From: Lama guanicoe
Lineage: Eukaryota
Direction: 5' to 3'
Assembly (NCBI GenBank): GCA_013239625.1
Contig: MU056050.1
Location: forward strand, 2,032,084-2,096,083
DNA: 64,000 bases
A program made the position numbers and the translations under genes. Positions within the stretch are counted from its first letter, which is position 1, and each line of letters begins with the position of its first letter. The notes under the pieces are model-generated. The model did not search any database. It was given only the letters and a program-made list of their open reading frames with translations, and had not been told where the DNA came from. Of this stretch, positions 38,823 through 51,400 are shown one piece after another.

Positions 38823-39769
38823 TTTCACCAGACTGGAAACTTCACCATGGACCAACATCACAGCTTTAGAAAGCATTGAACTACATGATCTCTCACCTCT
38901 AAGCTTCTTTGATCCCCTGGGATTCCCTGTGCTGCGTGTTACCTGGAGAACCTTCTTGTGATACATCTCTACTGGTTCCTCCATAGCTATATTTTCCTTC
39001 TTCCTGCTTGTTTCAAATGTGATCATTAAGTCAGCAAGAGACTTCAGTTTCCTTTTTTCCCCCAATTCAAAAGGCTGTGAAAAGTGTTCTATAAATGATA
39101 TGCAATACTGTTATTCAGATCTTTGGGGTAATCAAGTTGTTTGACATTTTTGTAATGATGCCTTTTGGAATATGGGTGGTCTAATTAGCTGCCACAGTGT
39201 GCGTTAACAATACCTGTCCCGACCCTACAGACTTGGGGACTATAAATAAAAGCGTGACAGCTGGCTCCAGCCTTGCTTGTCACTCACCGTTGAAGGGAAC
39301 ACAGCTAGGGAGCTACACTAGAATCCCCAGGAACCCAGAATATAGTCAGAAACAACATCTTCAACTAGAAGAATTTGGTGTTTTGCTAGTGGGAAGAGAT
39401 GGAGACAGGCACTCTTAGGAAGCAGACAACCATGATATCCCATACTGGGAAGGCACAGAGGCCCTAGGGGGAGACAGCATTTTACCAGAACGAAGGCATT
39501 ATATAGGGAGGGGAAGAGTCAGAGGACAAAGTCAAATTAGCAGGGTTTCTGCCTTAACTCATTACTACCCAGGAGTGACCTAGGAGTGAGGGTAGGAAAG
39601 AGCACTGAAGAAGTGCATAAGGAAGGTGAAAGGGGGGGCAAGCTGTGCTAGCTGGGACTCCGCGGGAAGTCAAGGGCAATGGTTGCTGTGGGGAGCGGAA
39701 CTTGATGGGGTCAGCAGAGGGCAAAGTGTGCTAAAAAGCTGGCAAGAGGAAAGAAATAAGGGAAGAATT

Positions 39770-40400
39770 ATAACTTGGTTGCCAAGTTATATGTTAGGCA
39801 CTGTGCTAAGTATTTTCCAGGTACCATTTCATTGACTCCTCAGCCCATGACAATAAGCAAAAGCCATGTGTATAACTTAAGACATGCTTTATATTTATTA
39901 TACTTATCTTATTGGTTACTGTCTTTTCCCCCCACTTGTCTGTAAGTTCCAAGAGAACAGGATCCTTTGTCTCTTCTGTATCTCCTGCTACTTAGAACAG
40001 TGTCAGCACGAAGTAGATCCGCAATAAATGTTTGTTGCATGAGTAAATAGCTGACAGTAATTGAGTATCTATTATGTGCCAGGCACTCTTATAGATAGAT
40101 GTTTCCCACAAATGAACTCATTTTAGCTTTTACAACCAATGCTGAGACAGGCACTATTATCCTAGTTTTACAAATGAAGAAACTGAGTCAGAGACACAGA
40201 GATGTTAAGTAACTTGCCTAATAAGTAGTGGATTCAGGATTTCAACCTATACAGCCTAACTCCACAACCTGCCTTTGTAATCAGTATCCTATACTGAGGC
40301 CCAGAGAGGTCAAGTAATTGGCACAAAGCCACACAGCTTAAGACTGGCAGAAATTTGACTGGAACAAGGTCAGCCTGTCTCAGAAGCTGTTGCCCTTTCC
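39770..40400. mobile_element. MIR/L2 cluster
   Basis: MIR(-) 39770-39850; L2 tail(+) to ~40050 (caataaatgtttgttgcatgag); MIR(-) 40050-40280 and 40290-40400. Confidence 0.7.
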
Positions 40401-41699
40401 TTTGAACTCCATGGATTCATAAGTTTGCCAGGACAACTGTTTCTTCCATCATCATTTTACCAGTGGCTAGTCTCCTGAGATAAACAGTAGGTGTGGTTCA
40501 TTAAGGATTCAGATAAAGATAGCACACGTTGCTCAAAAGAATCTCGAGTCCCAAAAGATCACGCACCAATCTGCCACCTGCTCTCAGTGTTGATCTTTGA
40601 GGCTGGAGGGAACTGAGAGAAGCAGCCGGCAGATGAGTCATGGGGAAGCCCTGGTGGACCATCTCTGCTGAGCGCTAGGCATTGAGGGTAAGTCACTTTC
40701 ATGCCAGGCACATCCTGACCCATGCTGTCCCAGGTAGCTCTGGAGTGGGGATGGGTGGAGATGCTGATACAGCGTTTCTGAGAGACTGACTCATAATTCA
40801 TGGTGTGACCTTGTGCAAGACACTTCCTCTCTTTGTGTCACAGTTTCCTGATGCCGGGGAGGCGTCAGTGGAACTCTGTGCTGAATCCGAAGAGCTCCGC
40901 TTTCTCTCTTAGGTATTAGACTTTTCCACGTAAAATTTCATGTGGAGAAAGGATTCTACAGTAAAAAACTCTGCTTGAAAAAACCACTGAATGAAATAGC
41001 ATTGAAGTTCCTTCTAACTCAAACACTCCAGGAACCCCGAAACATAGACGCTGTCCTTTGGGTCAGCTCAGTGTTCTGTTCAGCCCGACCTGCCGCGGGC
41101 CCGGGGACCCGCCGGCAGAGGCTGTGCTCGGTGTCCTAGGCTCCAGCTTCGCTCAGAGGCTATGACTCCAGTCCTCACGTGGCAGCTGGCTTCTCCATCG
41201 GGCCTTCTGCTCATGTTACTCGTATATGTTGAGACAGAGCCAAGGTAGCCACACACAGCAGTATTTGCAGGGCAGCGGCACTCTGCTTTATATGAAGGGA
41301 GTAGAACATTCACTGATTCTCTCCTCGCCGTCTTCTTGTTGCTGTCCGCCGCCCCGTGTCTGCCTGTGCGACCGCAGTCGCCTTGTGTTCCCCGAAGGCT
41401 GCCGCTGATCTCTAACACTCCTAAGTCCCTTGCCTGAGCCGCGACCAAAGCTGTAAGCTTAGTTAGGAATTTTTTATTTTCACTGGGCCCCCTCACACCT
41501 GCTCACTCGCACATTTTTATACGGTCTTCCTGAGTCTCACTCTGCTTGTCATCACGCATTAGGCTTCAAGATTTCACTGGATGCTCCTTCCTGGAGTCTG
41601 GGTTTCACATATACATTATGACTCCCTTCTTACAAAGGCTTAAAACAAGCAAAAATAACATTCAGTTGTTTAGGTGTGTGTGTTTGTATATTTTTTAAA

Positions 41700-41900
41700 A
41701 ACCAAGCAAACAAAAAAGCCAAAGTGATGATAAATGCAAAAGTCAGAATTGTGGTTACCTCAGAGGAAGGGAGGGATCAAATCGGGGAGATAGAATACAG
41801 GAGGAAGACATAGGTAAACCTAAGTTATTAGTAATGGCATAGTTCTTAGGTTGGGTGATGATTTTATGAGTGTTCATTGTATTATAAACTAATTTATTTA
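41700..41900 (+). mobile_element. Old L1M (L1ME-like) 3' end fragment
   Basis: aaagtcagaattgtggttacctc...gttcttaggttgggtgatgattttatgagtgttcatt. Confidence 0.6.
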
Positions 41901-42306
41901 GTTAAATAAATATGAAAGGTCCATATGTGAACTAGTAATGACTAACTCTGTACCCCCAAGGTTCAAAAGCATTGATTATAAGAGTAATGCAAGGGTTTTT
42001 TTTTAATTAACCAGAATCTTAACACTATAACATGCTTTAAATTTTCCCTTTCCTTCCAATATACCAAGGGGCTTTTTGAAACTCTATGTGGATCATAGCT
42101 ATAGGTTTGCCTCTCTCTGAGTTTATTTCTCTCTCCATTGTTCATAATTTAGTCAGGTTGGGATTTCCTTGTTGAAAAATATGTTGCCTGCTAGGTGATA
42201 CAGATCAAAGAATTATCGACCACCTGCTGAATTTTGGTGGTGAAAGGCCAGGATTGCTTATTCCAGCCTTCCAGCCCCAAGACCATCAATAAGGATGGGT
42301 TCTTCC

Positions 42307-42489
42307 TAGGGTTGACAGATAAAATTCAGGATCTTCAGTTAAATCTGAATTTCAAATAAAGAACACATAATTTTTTTAGTGTATGTATGAATTTGAGGCA
42401 TACTTATAGTAAAAACAATTTGTTCTTTATCTGAAATTCAAATTTAATTGGACATTCTATATTTTTATTTGCTAAATCTGGAAACCCGA
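42307..42489. mobile_element. MER53 palindromic hAT MITE
   Basis: tagggttgacagataaaattcagg...atttgctaaatctggaaaccc, with long internal inverted arms. Confidence 0.85.
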
Positions 42490-42544
42490 TCTCACTCAAG
42501 TCAATGAATCCTCTCCAATGTCATTGTTGGTTTTGTATCCCAGG

Positions 42545-42770
42545 GAGTGTGACTTTTGGAGTTGGACTCAGGTTCAAATCCTGGCTCCTCCACTCAAGAG
42601 ATAGAACATTTTGGGGTGGGGGGGTCTCAGAATTCTTATCTATTAAATAGAGATGATAGCAACACCTCATGAGGTTGTTGGGAATATTAAATGAAATAAT
42701 ATTTGTATAGTAATTAGCACAGTGTCTGGTACCTACCAAGCACTCAATGGCTGTTAACATTATCATTGTC
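42545..42770 (+). mobile_element. MIR SINE
   Basis: ggttcaaatcctggctcctccact...cacctcatgaggttgttgggaatattaaatga...agcacagtgtctgg. Confidence 0.8.
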
Positions 42771-44193
42771 AATTTTATACAGAACATTATGTGCACCAGG
42801 CAACATTTGACCTTCTACTGCAAAATTCTACATTGACAGGATTAATTTGGGAATGGGACTCTCCTTAGTGTCTCCCTTGGTGATCACCAAGGCAGAGTGA
42901 CATCTAGCCACTTCCTTTTGTTTCTGAATACTCCACTTGTCCTCTGTCATGAAATGCCCCAGATTCATTCTCTAATTAGCTTTCTCCTTTTAATATAAAG
43001 GCTTTTTGTGCATGTGTTTGGAGGTCACTTAAAATTCCTCAAGTTGGAGGCTATTGTCTTCCCTGAAGAAGATGCTTGGATGCTCTACCCTCAAGCCAAT
43101 GACTACTGAGTTTGGCTGATAAAAAGGGGTAGCCTCTTTGCACTCTCTTCTCCGACTCACCCATCCCCATTAAAACTTACCCATCCACTTTCCCACTTGT
43201 CCTGGCATCTAATCAGACATACTAATGGCTAAAAATGATTCTATTTAATCCCCCTTCCAAGCCACAGACTTTTTTTGCCAAAACTCTAAACTGGAAAAAG
43301 TAAGCCTAACACTGGCTTTCTAGCAGATAAGGGTGACCATGCAAGACCCCTTAAATCACACCACATTATCAGCTGCCTGTTCTGTCTGCTTCACATGAAT
43401 GGAAGGGAGCAGTAGTGCAAATAATCTCAAGATCATTTCCACTTGGTTTGGGAATGCACCGCATGGTGTTGTTGTAGCTGATTTGCTTTGCTAATTATGT
43501 TCTACTTAAGCTAATATTGAAATTCATTCACATCTTTTAGCTCATCTGGGCCAGAAGAGGGAAGCAGTGGTGATGTGACCCACTTTAAAATGAAGGAAAG
43601 CTGACCACTATCATGAGGTGGTGACATGAATGTTCTATGTGTGGGTTAGTAGATCTAGAAGATCAATTCAAAAGGATCAGAGAGAACTTTGCCAATTACA
43701 CATGGGCAGAATATCCACCTACCCCCTGGGCACTGAAAGGCCAGTCTTCCCAATGGCCTGCCCAGAATCTGAAATCCTTTTCATTAATAGCTTACATAAA
43801 GGGTCTTAATCATAAACATAACTATGGTTAAAGCATTATGTAATCTAAGAGGAGTAACACATTTCCTAAAAGATGTGTTAGCAGTTCATCTGACTAAATC
43901 CTCAGTCACTATTGTCATCTAGGAGAAAAAGCACCGAAGGGGTGGGACATAAGACAGTTGTACTTTGATGGGGCCTGGGTGCTAAGAGGCCGCTGGGCAG
44001 CTATGGTAGAAGTACAAGAGCACCGAGTGTCTTGGGGGTGAGCTGGGAGGGTTGCTCATGGTAGACATAGAGAACATACAACTGTATCAAATAAAGTCTT
44101 CCCCTTCTTACTCTTTTCCTGCTGGGCAACTGGACTTGCAAGGGCTTCTAGAGATTTCAGAGATCTTGGTTTTCTTTTGAGGTGTGTCACTGA

Positions 44194-44565
<372 letters not shown>

Positions 44566-44899
44566 TAACAGTGGTGTTCAGTCTTTCTCAACTTGTGTTT
44601 GTTCCCTTCTCTTCTAATAAATAAAATTTAATACCCTTTTAACATTATAATTAATATTCGAAATGAATTGAAGAGTAAGAGCAAAAAAATCAAAGCAACA
44701 GTAATTTTAGAATCTAATTTTTCAAGTTATGTATGTCCTCCCACCCCTGGCTTTGAAAAGGGTTTTGGGATATCCTTCTGGTTGATTCACTGTTGTTTAA
44801 AAGGAACCCTCCCCCACCTCCCAAAAAATTTATCTGGTCTAAAATACACAAAGCGAAAGCTGCTTAGTTTAAAATAGAGAAAGGCCTAAGCTGGAAAGT

Positions 44900-45050
44900 T
44901 TGGGGAGAATTAATCCTTTCAGAGACTATAATTATCTTCATTTCAGAGATGAAAAAGCTGAAGCCCAAAGAGGGAAAGTGCTTTTTCTCACAGTAGTTTA
45001 ACCACGGAGCTGGCACTGGTGTCGGTGTCTCTGGCTTCCTGAGCTTGTTC
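44900..45050 (-). mobile_element. MIR remnant
   Basis: ttatcttcatttcagagatgaaaaagctgaagcccaaagagg. Confidence 0.6.
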
Positions 45051-45649
45051 CACCAGGTCACATTAGGTCTTCAGATTACAGGGCCTCAGCAGTTATCTGA
45101 TAGAAATGATGAGCGGAGACTGGCTAACCTGGGCTCTGGGGATGCATTTTTTTTCTCATAGTGAGATAATCTATTGATGACATATTATATTGAAACAGTC
45201 TCAGAAATTAAGGCTCTGATCTTAAATAGTATACAGTTAGGTTTACATATCATAATTCAGCTAAACAGACTCCTCTGAAACCCAGTTATCTTTGAGGGGT
45301 CCCTCAGTAAAACTAGGGGATCCTATCACCATGAGATCCAGAAGACAATGTTACTTTATCACTTGTTTGCTTGTAACCCTGATTATATGCTCGGAATGGC
45401 TCTCTCTGACTCAGGGTTTTCTGATTCAGAGTAAGAAGAAGTAAATGGAAGGCCTGTCTGCCTAAGGGTCCCTGAAAATGACATCCTTATAGGTAACTTC
45501 ACTTGAAGGGCCATTTTGTTTTTAGGAGCCCAGAGTGCTTTTCACTTCATTCTCATTTTGATGCATCATCAAACCCTGTCAGGAAATACTAAGGCCTGTA
45601 TTTGCTTATGGTACTTACCTATAAAATCATATCAAATTTCATGAGCCTA

Positions 45650-46230
45650 AAGCAGGAGATCAGAGTTACAGTGCAAACTCTGCCACTAATTAGCTCTCTG
45701 ACCTTGACCAACTCATGGACGCTCTCTTAGCTTTGGTCTCCTCCCCAAAGCTCTATCCCTTCTGAATGTAATATTCTATGATTATTTTGAGATATTATAC
45801 CAGACACAGGACACTCTGTATCTTACTACTAGTCCTAACTTACATGTTAGAAGTTAATCAGTCAACCAGTTCTACAAGCTGTTATCAACTCTCAATGGTG
45901 TATTGAAATCTTGTGGTAGATGCTTATATAATACAGTTCCAAGGTGGTAGACAGAACAGGACATTCATGAAACAATTAATGAACAACACAGAACACTATC
46001 AAACTGAGTGGTACACTACAGACTGTGATTGCTATGAGAATTTTGAAAAGGTAGCACTCCAGGAAAGTAGAGTTTTCAGAGAAGGCTGGCTTAGGGGAGC
46101 TAGGCCTTGAAGGGTATGTAAGTTGTGGATTGTAAGAGAAAAGGGAGATGGGGGGTTGGGGAAGAGGAAAAGAACATGAACAAAAAGCAGAATCAGGAAG
46201 GAGTGTTGTGTGCTCCTGCCGAGCTTTGCC
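45650..46230. mobile_element. MIR3 (+) and L2 (-) remnants
   Basis: ctctgccactaattagctctctgaccttg...aatattctatgatt; antisense L2-like ggagctaggccttgaaggg. Confidence 0.5.
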
Positions 46231-46789
46231 TGGCTAGGGTACCGAAATAGTTTGGACTTTCTAATTCATAATTTGCTAAATTTTAATGCATTTCATTTAT
46301 TTCAAACACCAAGGATGAATTAGCTGATTTCCATGTGCTATATATAGTGTAATCTAGAACATCACAGTCGAATTTTCAGAACTGAAGTTTGCAAATTAGA
46401 CAGCTTCTCTCCTGAAAGCTTTTTAAAAACTAAATAATCAGTTCTACTAATACTGTAAACTCTGATCTATTGAAAAACAGGAGATACAGTTAATGTATTC
46501 TCTCCTCACCTTCCTCACCTCCCATGACCGTCCTTTGCTCATTAGCTCTCCATTAGAGGAAATGAAGCAAAAGTCCATTTATGTCTATTTCTTATTCTTG
46601 ATTTTTTTCTCAAATTGTCTCACTCAATTATTCGTACAATTCTATGGTCTTGGAGCCGAAAGAAACCTTTCTGACTTATGCATGTTCATATTTTTCCCTC
46701 TACAGCCATTTAGCTGGTGGGACTAATCTTCTCTGCTTAAGAAATACTTTCCATAAAGTTTTGTACTAATTTCCCCCTTGGAAAACCTT

Positions 46790-47431
46790 CTTAACACACT
46801 GCACACCATGACCCCGTTCCAAAATTTTCAATGGCTTCTATCACGCACATTGAAAAATAAAAGAAGTCTATTCCTGAAGTCTTGACATAATTATGCCTCA
46901 ACCACTAACAAACCTGTTGTCCCTATGTTTCCTAATGAGAACCTTCCACTGAAGGCAGCTCCCCTTTTCCACTGCTGCCCAAATGTGCCAGAAGCATGCT
47001 TGCCTCAGTAACTGCCTTTCTTCTGTTACCTGGAATTCTCTCTTTCACCTAGATTATGAAAATCTGCCTACCCTTCCATTTTTCTAAACCCACTTCAAAC
47101 TCAACCTCCCCAAGGTAGCCTTCCCTGACTACTCTAGTGCACAATCATTCATTCATTTATTCAATAGGTGGTAGGGTTACAATGATGAATAAGGTAGACA
47201 TGGTTCCTATTGTCATAAAGTTTACATTCAAATGAGGGAAATAGGAAAAAAACAGGTAAATCAACAAAATAATTATAAATTTAGACAAGGTTCTATGAAA
47301 GAAACAAAGAAACAGATACTAATGGATAGAACCTAATTTTAATAGGATTCTCAGTGACAATCTTACTGAGAAGAGGCATCTAAGCTGAGAACTAAAGAAT
47401 TAGGAGACAGCCATATGAAGAACAGAGGAAA
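46790..47431. mobile_element. L2 (+) fragment followed by L2 (-) 3' end
   Basis: ttttcaatggcttc...aaggtagccttccctgactactctag; then tcattcattcatttattcaa...agacatggttcct. Confidence 0.65.
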
Positions 47432-48359
47432 TGATATCATGTGATATTTGTCTTTGTCTGTTTTACTTCAGTTAATTTGATCATCTCTAGGTCCATCCAT
47501 GTTGCTGCATATGGTATTATTTCCTTTTTCGTGGCCGAGTAGTATTCCATTATATAAAAATATCACAACTTCTTTATCCAGTCATCTGTTAATGGACATT
47601 TAGGTTATTTCCATGTCTTGGCTATTGTATATAGTGCTTCTATGAACATTGGGGTGCATGTATATTTTCAAATTAGAGCTTTCTCCAGATATATGTCCAG
47701 GAGTGGGATTCCTGGATCATCTGGTAGCTCTATTTTTAGTTTTTTTTTTTTGAGGAATATCCATACTGTTTTCCATAGTGGCTGCACCAAACTACATTCT
47801 CACCAACAGTGTAGGAGGGTTCCTTTTCTCCACACCCTCTGCAGCATTTATCCTTTGTAGACTTCTTAATGATGGCCATTCTGACTGGTGTGAGGTGATA
47901 CCTCATTGTAGTTTTCATTTGCATTTCTCTGATAATTAGTGATGTTGAGCGTCTTTTCATGTGCCTGTTGGCCATCTGTATGTCTCCATTAGAGAAATGT
48001 CTATTTAGGTTTTCTGCCCTTTTTTGGTATCACTTTTATATGGAATCTGAAAAAGTGAGACAAATGAACGTATTTACAAAACAGAAACAGACTCACAGAC
48101 ATAGGAAACAAAGTTATGGTTACCAAGGGGGAAAGGGGAGGGAGGGAGAAATTTGGAGTTTGGGATTAGCAGATACAAACTACTATATATAAACTACATA
48201 AATAATATGGTCTTAACTGTATAGCACAGGGAACTATATTCAATATCTTGTAATAATCCATAATGAAAGAAAATCTATATATGATTGAATCTCTATGCTG
48301 TACACCAGAAACTAACACAATATTGTAAATCAACTATACTTCAATTAAAAAAAAGAGAG
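47432..48359 (+). mobile_element. 5'-truncated, 5'-inverted L1 (ORF2 C-terminus and 3' UTR) with TSD
   Basis: ORF 47736-47975(-) [38 protein letters not shown] is the L1 ORF2 C-terminal region; 48026-48354 is sense 3' UTR with A tail; TSD agaacagaggaaa (47419-47431) / agaatagaggaaa (48360-48372). Confidence 0.9.
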
Positions 48360-48372
48360 AGAATAGAGGAAA

Positions 48373-48930
48373 AGAGTTTCAGGCAGTGGAAACAGCAAGG
48401 GCAAAGGGCCTGTAGCAGGGAAAAGCTTGGTATGTTTGAGGAACTGAAAGGCAAGTGTGACTAAAGGGCAAGAGGTGGTGAGTGGCCTGAGATGAGACTG
48501 TAAAGGTAGACAGAAGCCAGATCATAGCCATGAAGTACAGACAGGAGCCAGGATAAGGAATATGAATTTTACTCCAACTGCAATGGGAAGTCATTGGAGA
48601 ATTCTGAGCAGAGGAGTCACCTGATCTCACTTAAGTTTTTGTAGAGAATGTAGTATGGTGCAAGAGTGAAGGAAGGGAAACCAATTAAAAGCCCACTGAG
48701 GTCATCTAGATGAGACATGATGGTGGCTTCGACTAGGCTGGAGATGGAGAAAAGGAGGTGGACTTGAAATACATTTTGGACACAGAATCAACAGAACTTG
48801 GGGACAGATTGACTGTGGGACGTGAGGGAAAGGGAGGATTCGTGGATGACTACTAAGCGTTTGGCTTGAGGGACTGGGTAAGATGGTGATGCTATTTACT
48901 GAGGTGACTGGGCAGGAAGAGAACCAGTTT
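48373..48930 (-). mobile_element. L2 continuation after the L1 insertion
   Basis: ggaaacagcaagggcaaagggcc...gcaatgggaagtcattggag...gatgagacatgatggtggc. Confidence 0.85.
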
Positions 48931-49211
48931 CAAGGAGCAGAGACCTTGCCCACCTCTGAAGCCCACTGAACACTTTTGTCCTTCACTTGGCACTCACCTG
49001 CTTTCTGTTGTTATTTCACTGGGGCTGCTGTTTACCTTCCCAAACTCTTCTCTCCGTTGTGATAGTAAACAATTGGTTAGCCCCTTGACTTACACTTTGT
49101 GCCTCTCCTTGGTTCCTAGCACAGCCTAGGCACATACTTAGTGTTTTCCCAACTCCATTAGTGATTTAGCCAGCATAAGCCCATGCCTTTTTTTTTCAAT
49201 GTTGGACTGAA

Positions 49212-49375
49212 ATAAAGAGAGAGAAACAAAGAAGGGAGGGAGGAAGAGAGGGAAGGAAGGGAAGGGAATGAAAGGAAAGGGAATGGAAGGGAGCGGGAAG
49301 GGAGGGGAGGGGTGAGGGAAGGGGATGGAATGGGAGAGGAAGGCAGGGGAGGGAAGGAAGGAAGGAAAAAGAAAA
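49212..49375. repeat. Purine-rich (GGAA/GGGA) low-complexity tract
   Basis: ~160 nt, almost entirely A/G on the + strand. Confidence 0.9.
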
Positions 49376-50972
49376 TCCAATTTATTAATCAACCTATGTT
49401 CTTTAAAACATTCAATATGCATCTATTCTTTATTTTCTCTTTTTCCACAATGATCATCTATTGCTTTAGTAATAAAAATTATGGGGAGAAATTACAACTT
49501 CAAAGTATGATTTTAGAATATTTTAAGTTACATAAGAGAGAAATGGAAGACAGAGAAAGACAGAACGGAGCACCTATAATTACATTCAAATAAGCTAAAT
49601 ATACAAATGATGTGACTCCACTGTGTAAGGGCAGGGATGAGTAAGGAGCCGAGAAATGGGTTAAACATTTGAGGTCATTTAAAAGGTTGGTAGCACAATC
49701 AGGGTAATAGGCTCTCTGAAATTATGAAACAGTGAGTGGATTTCAAAGGCTTTACTGGCCATGCTTTGATTTCTATCTGCAGAGAAAGGTCTGATTGTGT
49801 GGTTTGCAGGTCATTACTTTGCTTAGTTACTAAAATACCACCTTGTTTGTTAATACAGTTGCAATTTCTGCTGTTGGTGCTGTACACATCAAAAGTCAGC
49901 TCTTGGGAAAGTGATGAGGTTTACTAAGTGTGATATCTGCTTCCTTTGTACCTTCTCTTCCTCAATCCCGTTTTTATTTACCCAGGGCCGTTCACGGTGG
50001 CACGGTCACATCTGCCCCCCCTAGGAGGAGCAAAGGCTTGACATCTCTGTCCTAACCTGCCTTGACACCTCCCTAAAAACTCCTCCACTTTGCAATAAGA
50101 CCTATCTTTTGGTTGCAAAGGACCTAGCTCTCTGTGGGGTGCACCTTTCCCCCAGAACAGCAACATACTTAAGAGCTGCAGCCAGACTCTCTCGTGCACC
50201 TGACAGCGCTCCTGGGCTTCAATGGGCACAACCCACAGAGATGAAAGAATCTGCCCAGGCTCCTGCGCTCAGCTTCAATAATGAGATAATAGCTCCAAGT
50301 GCCCTTTGAGGCAACTAGTCCCTACCTTCTCTCAGTGTTCAATGAACTCCCGCTGATTTCCATTCTCAATCTGAAACTCCCTACTCAGTTCCCAGGTAAC
50401 TCTCAGGAAGTCACCAGCCTTCTAACAGACCTTGCTATTTGCTCTCGAAGGTTGTGGCCGGAACCCAGGCCATGACAACGAATAGTCAACAAGCGATGAG
50501 TGGGCGTTTCCTAGTTCTGGCTTGTGCAGGGCCACTGGCAGTGTTTAAGCAGAATTCGGGTCCTGCCTTGGGGGCGGGGGGTCGATATTCCTGTTGCTGA
50601 GATGGTGATGTATCTCAGGGACCTGGAAAAATTTAATTTTTAACCTAACTGTTCCCCCATCCACCAATGACACTTGCATTCATTAGAACAGGCACCTTGT
50701 GGAAAGATGAAAGTGTTGCCAGATAGCTAGGAAGGTGGGAAGATGTTGAAAGATCCCAAAGGGCTTAAAGGGATAAAGAGACTCCCCAAGACAAGGAGAA
50801 ACAAGCCTTTCCTCAGAAAACATTTTCAGATTGGCTGGATTCTAACTCTACTGGGAAGCAAGCAGAGCCGCATCCCCCGACACCTTCCTGCATGTCGTCA
50901 TTTACCGCCTCCCTACATAGCCGAGCTTCTTCCCTCCCATCCAGTCTCACGGTCCCAAAGAAGGCACAGAAA

Positions 50973-51056
50973 CTCTCTCTGTGTCTGTCTCTGTCTATCT
51001 GTCTCTCTCACTTCCTCCCAGCTCCTCTCTCCCTCTGCCTTTCCACACATGCGCGG

Positions 51057-51090
<34 letters not shown>
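50973..51090. repeat. CT-rich tract plus (CG)-(CA)n microsatellite
   Basis: ctctctctgtgtctgtctc...cacacatgcgcgggcgcg(ca)n. Confidence 0.9.
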
Positions 51091-51092
<2 letters not shown>

Positions 51093-51164
51093 CCCAGTAC
51101 CCATCAGTGGTACAAATCAATGAACCCCTGTTAAGGTCATCATTTTCTTATCTTAGTTTGATAA

Positions 51165-51400
51165 GAGTGCCTGCCATTTTTAAGCACTTATGGATTAGAC
51201 CCTGAGTTGATGAATTATCACATTTAATCCTCATGACATCCCTGCATCTTTACCACACAAGGAAACCAAGGCATAAAGAGATTAAATGACGGCTTCTAGG
51301 GTCACACAGCTTCATGTGCCAAAGTAATGAAATCCAGGATGTGGACCAAGGCCCGCCACATTCCACAGTCTGTGTGTGCTGTTCACCCAGCCATGCCGCC
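51165..51400 (-). mobile_element. MIR remnant
   Basis: catttaatcctcatgacatccctg...aaggaaaccaaggc...agggtcacacagc. Confidence 0.65.

Noticed and set aside
41080..41496. 138-aa minus-strand ORF
   Set aside because: Non-ATG start; explained by local GC richness reducing stop codons; no recognisable homology.
47736..47975. 79-aa ORF with real-protein appearance
   Set aside because: It is an L1 ORF2 C-terminal remnant in a truncated, inverted element, not a host gene.
50192..50212. REST/RE1-like sequence gcacctgacagcgc
   Set aside because: The left half-site is incomplete and the spacing is non-canonical.
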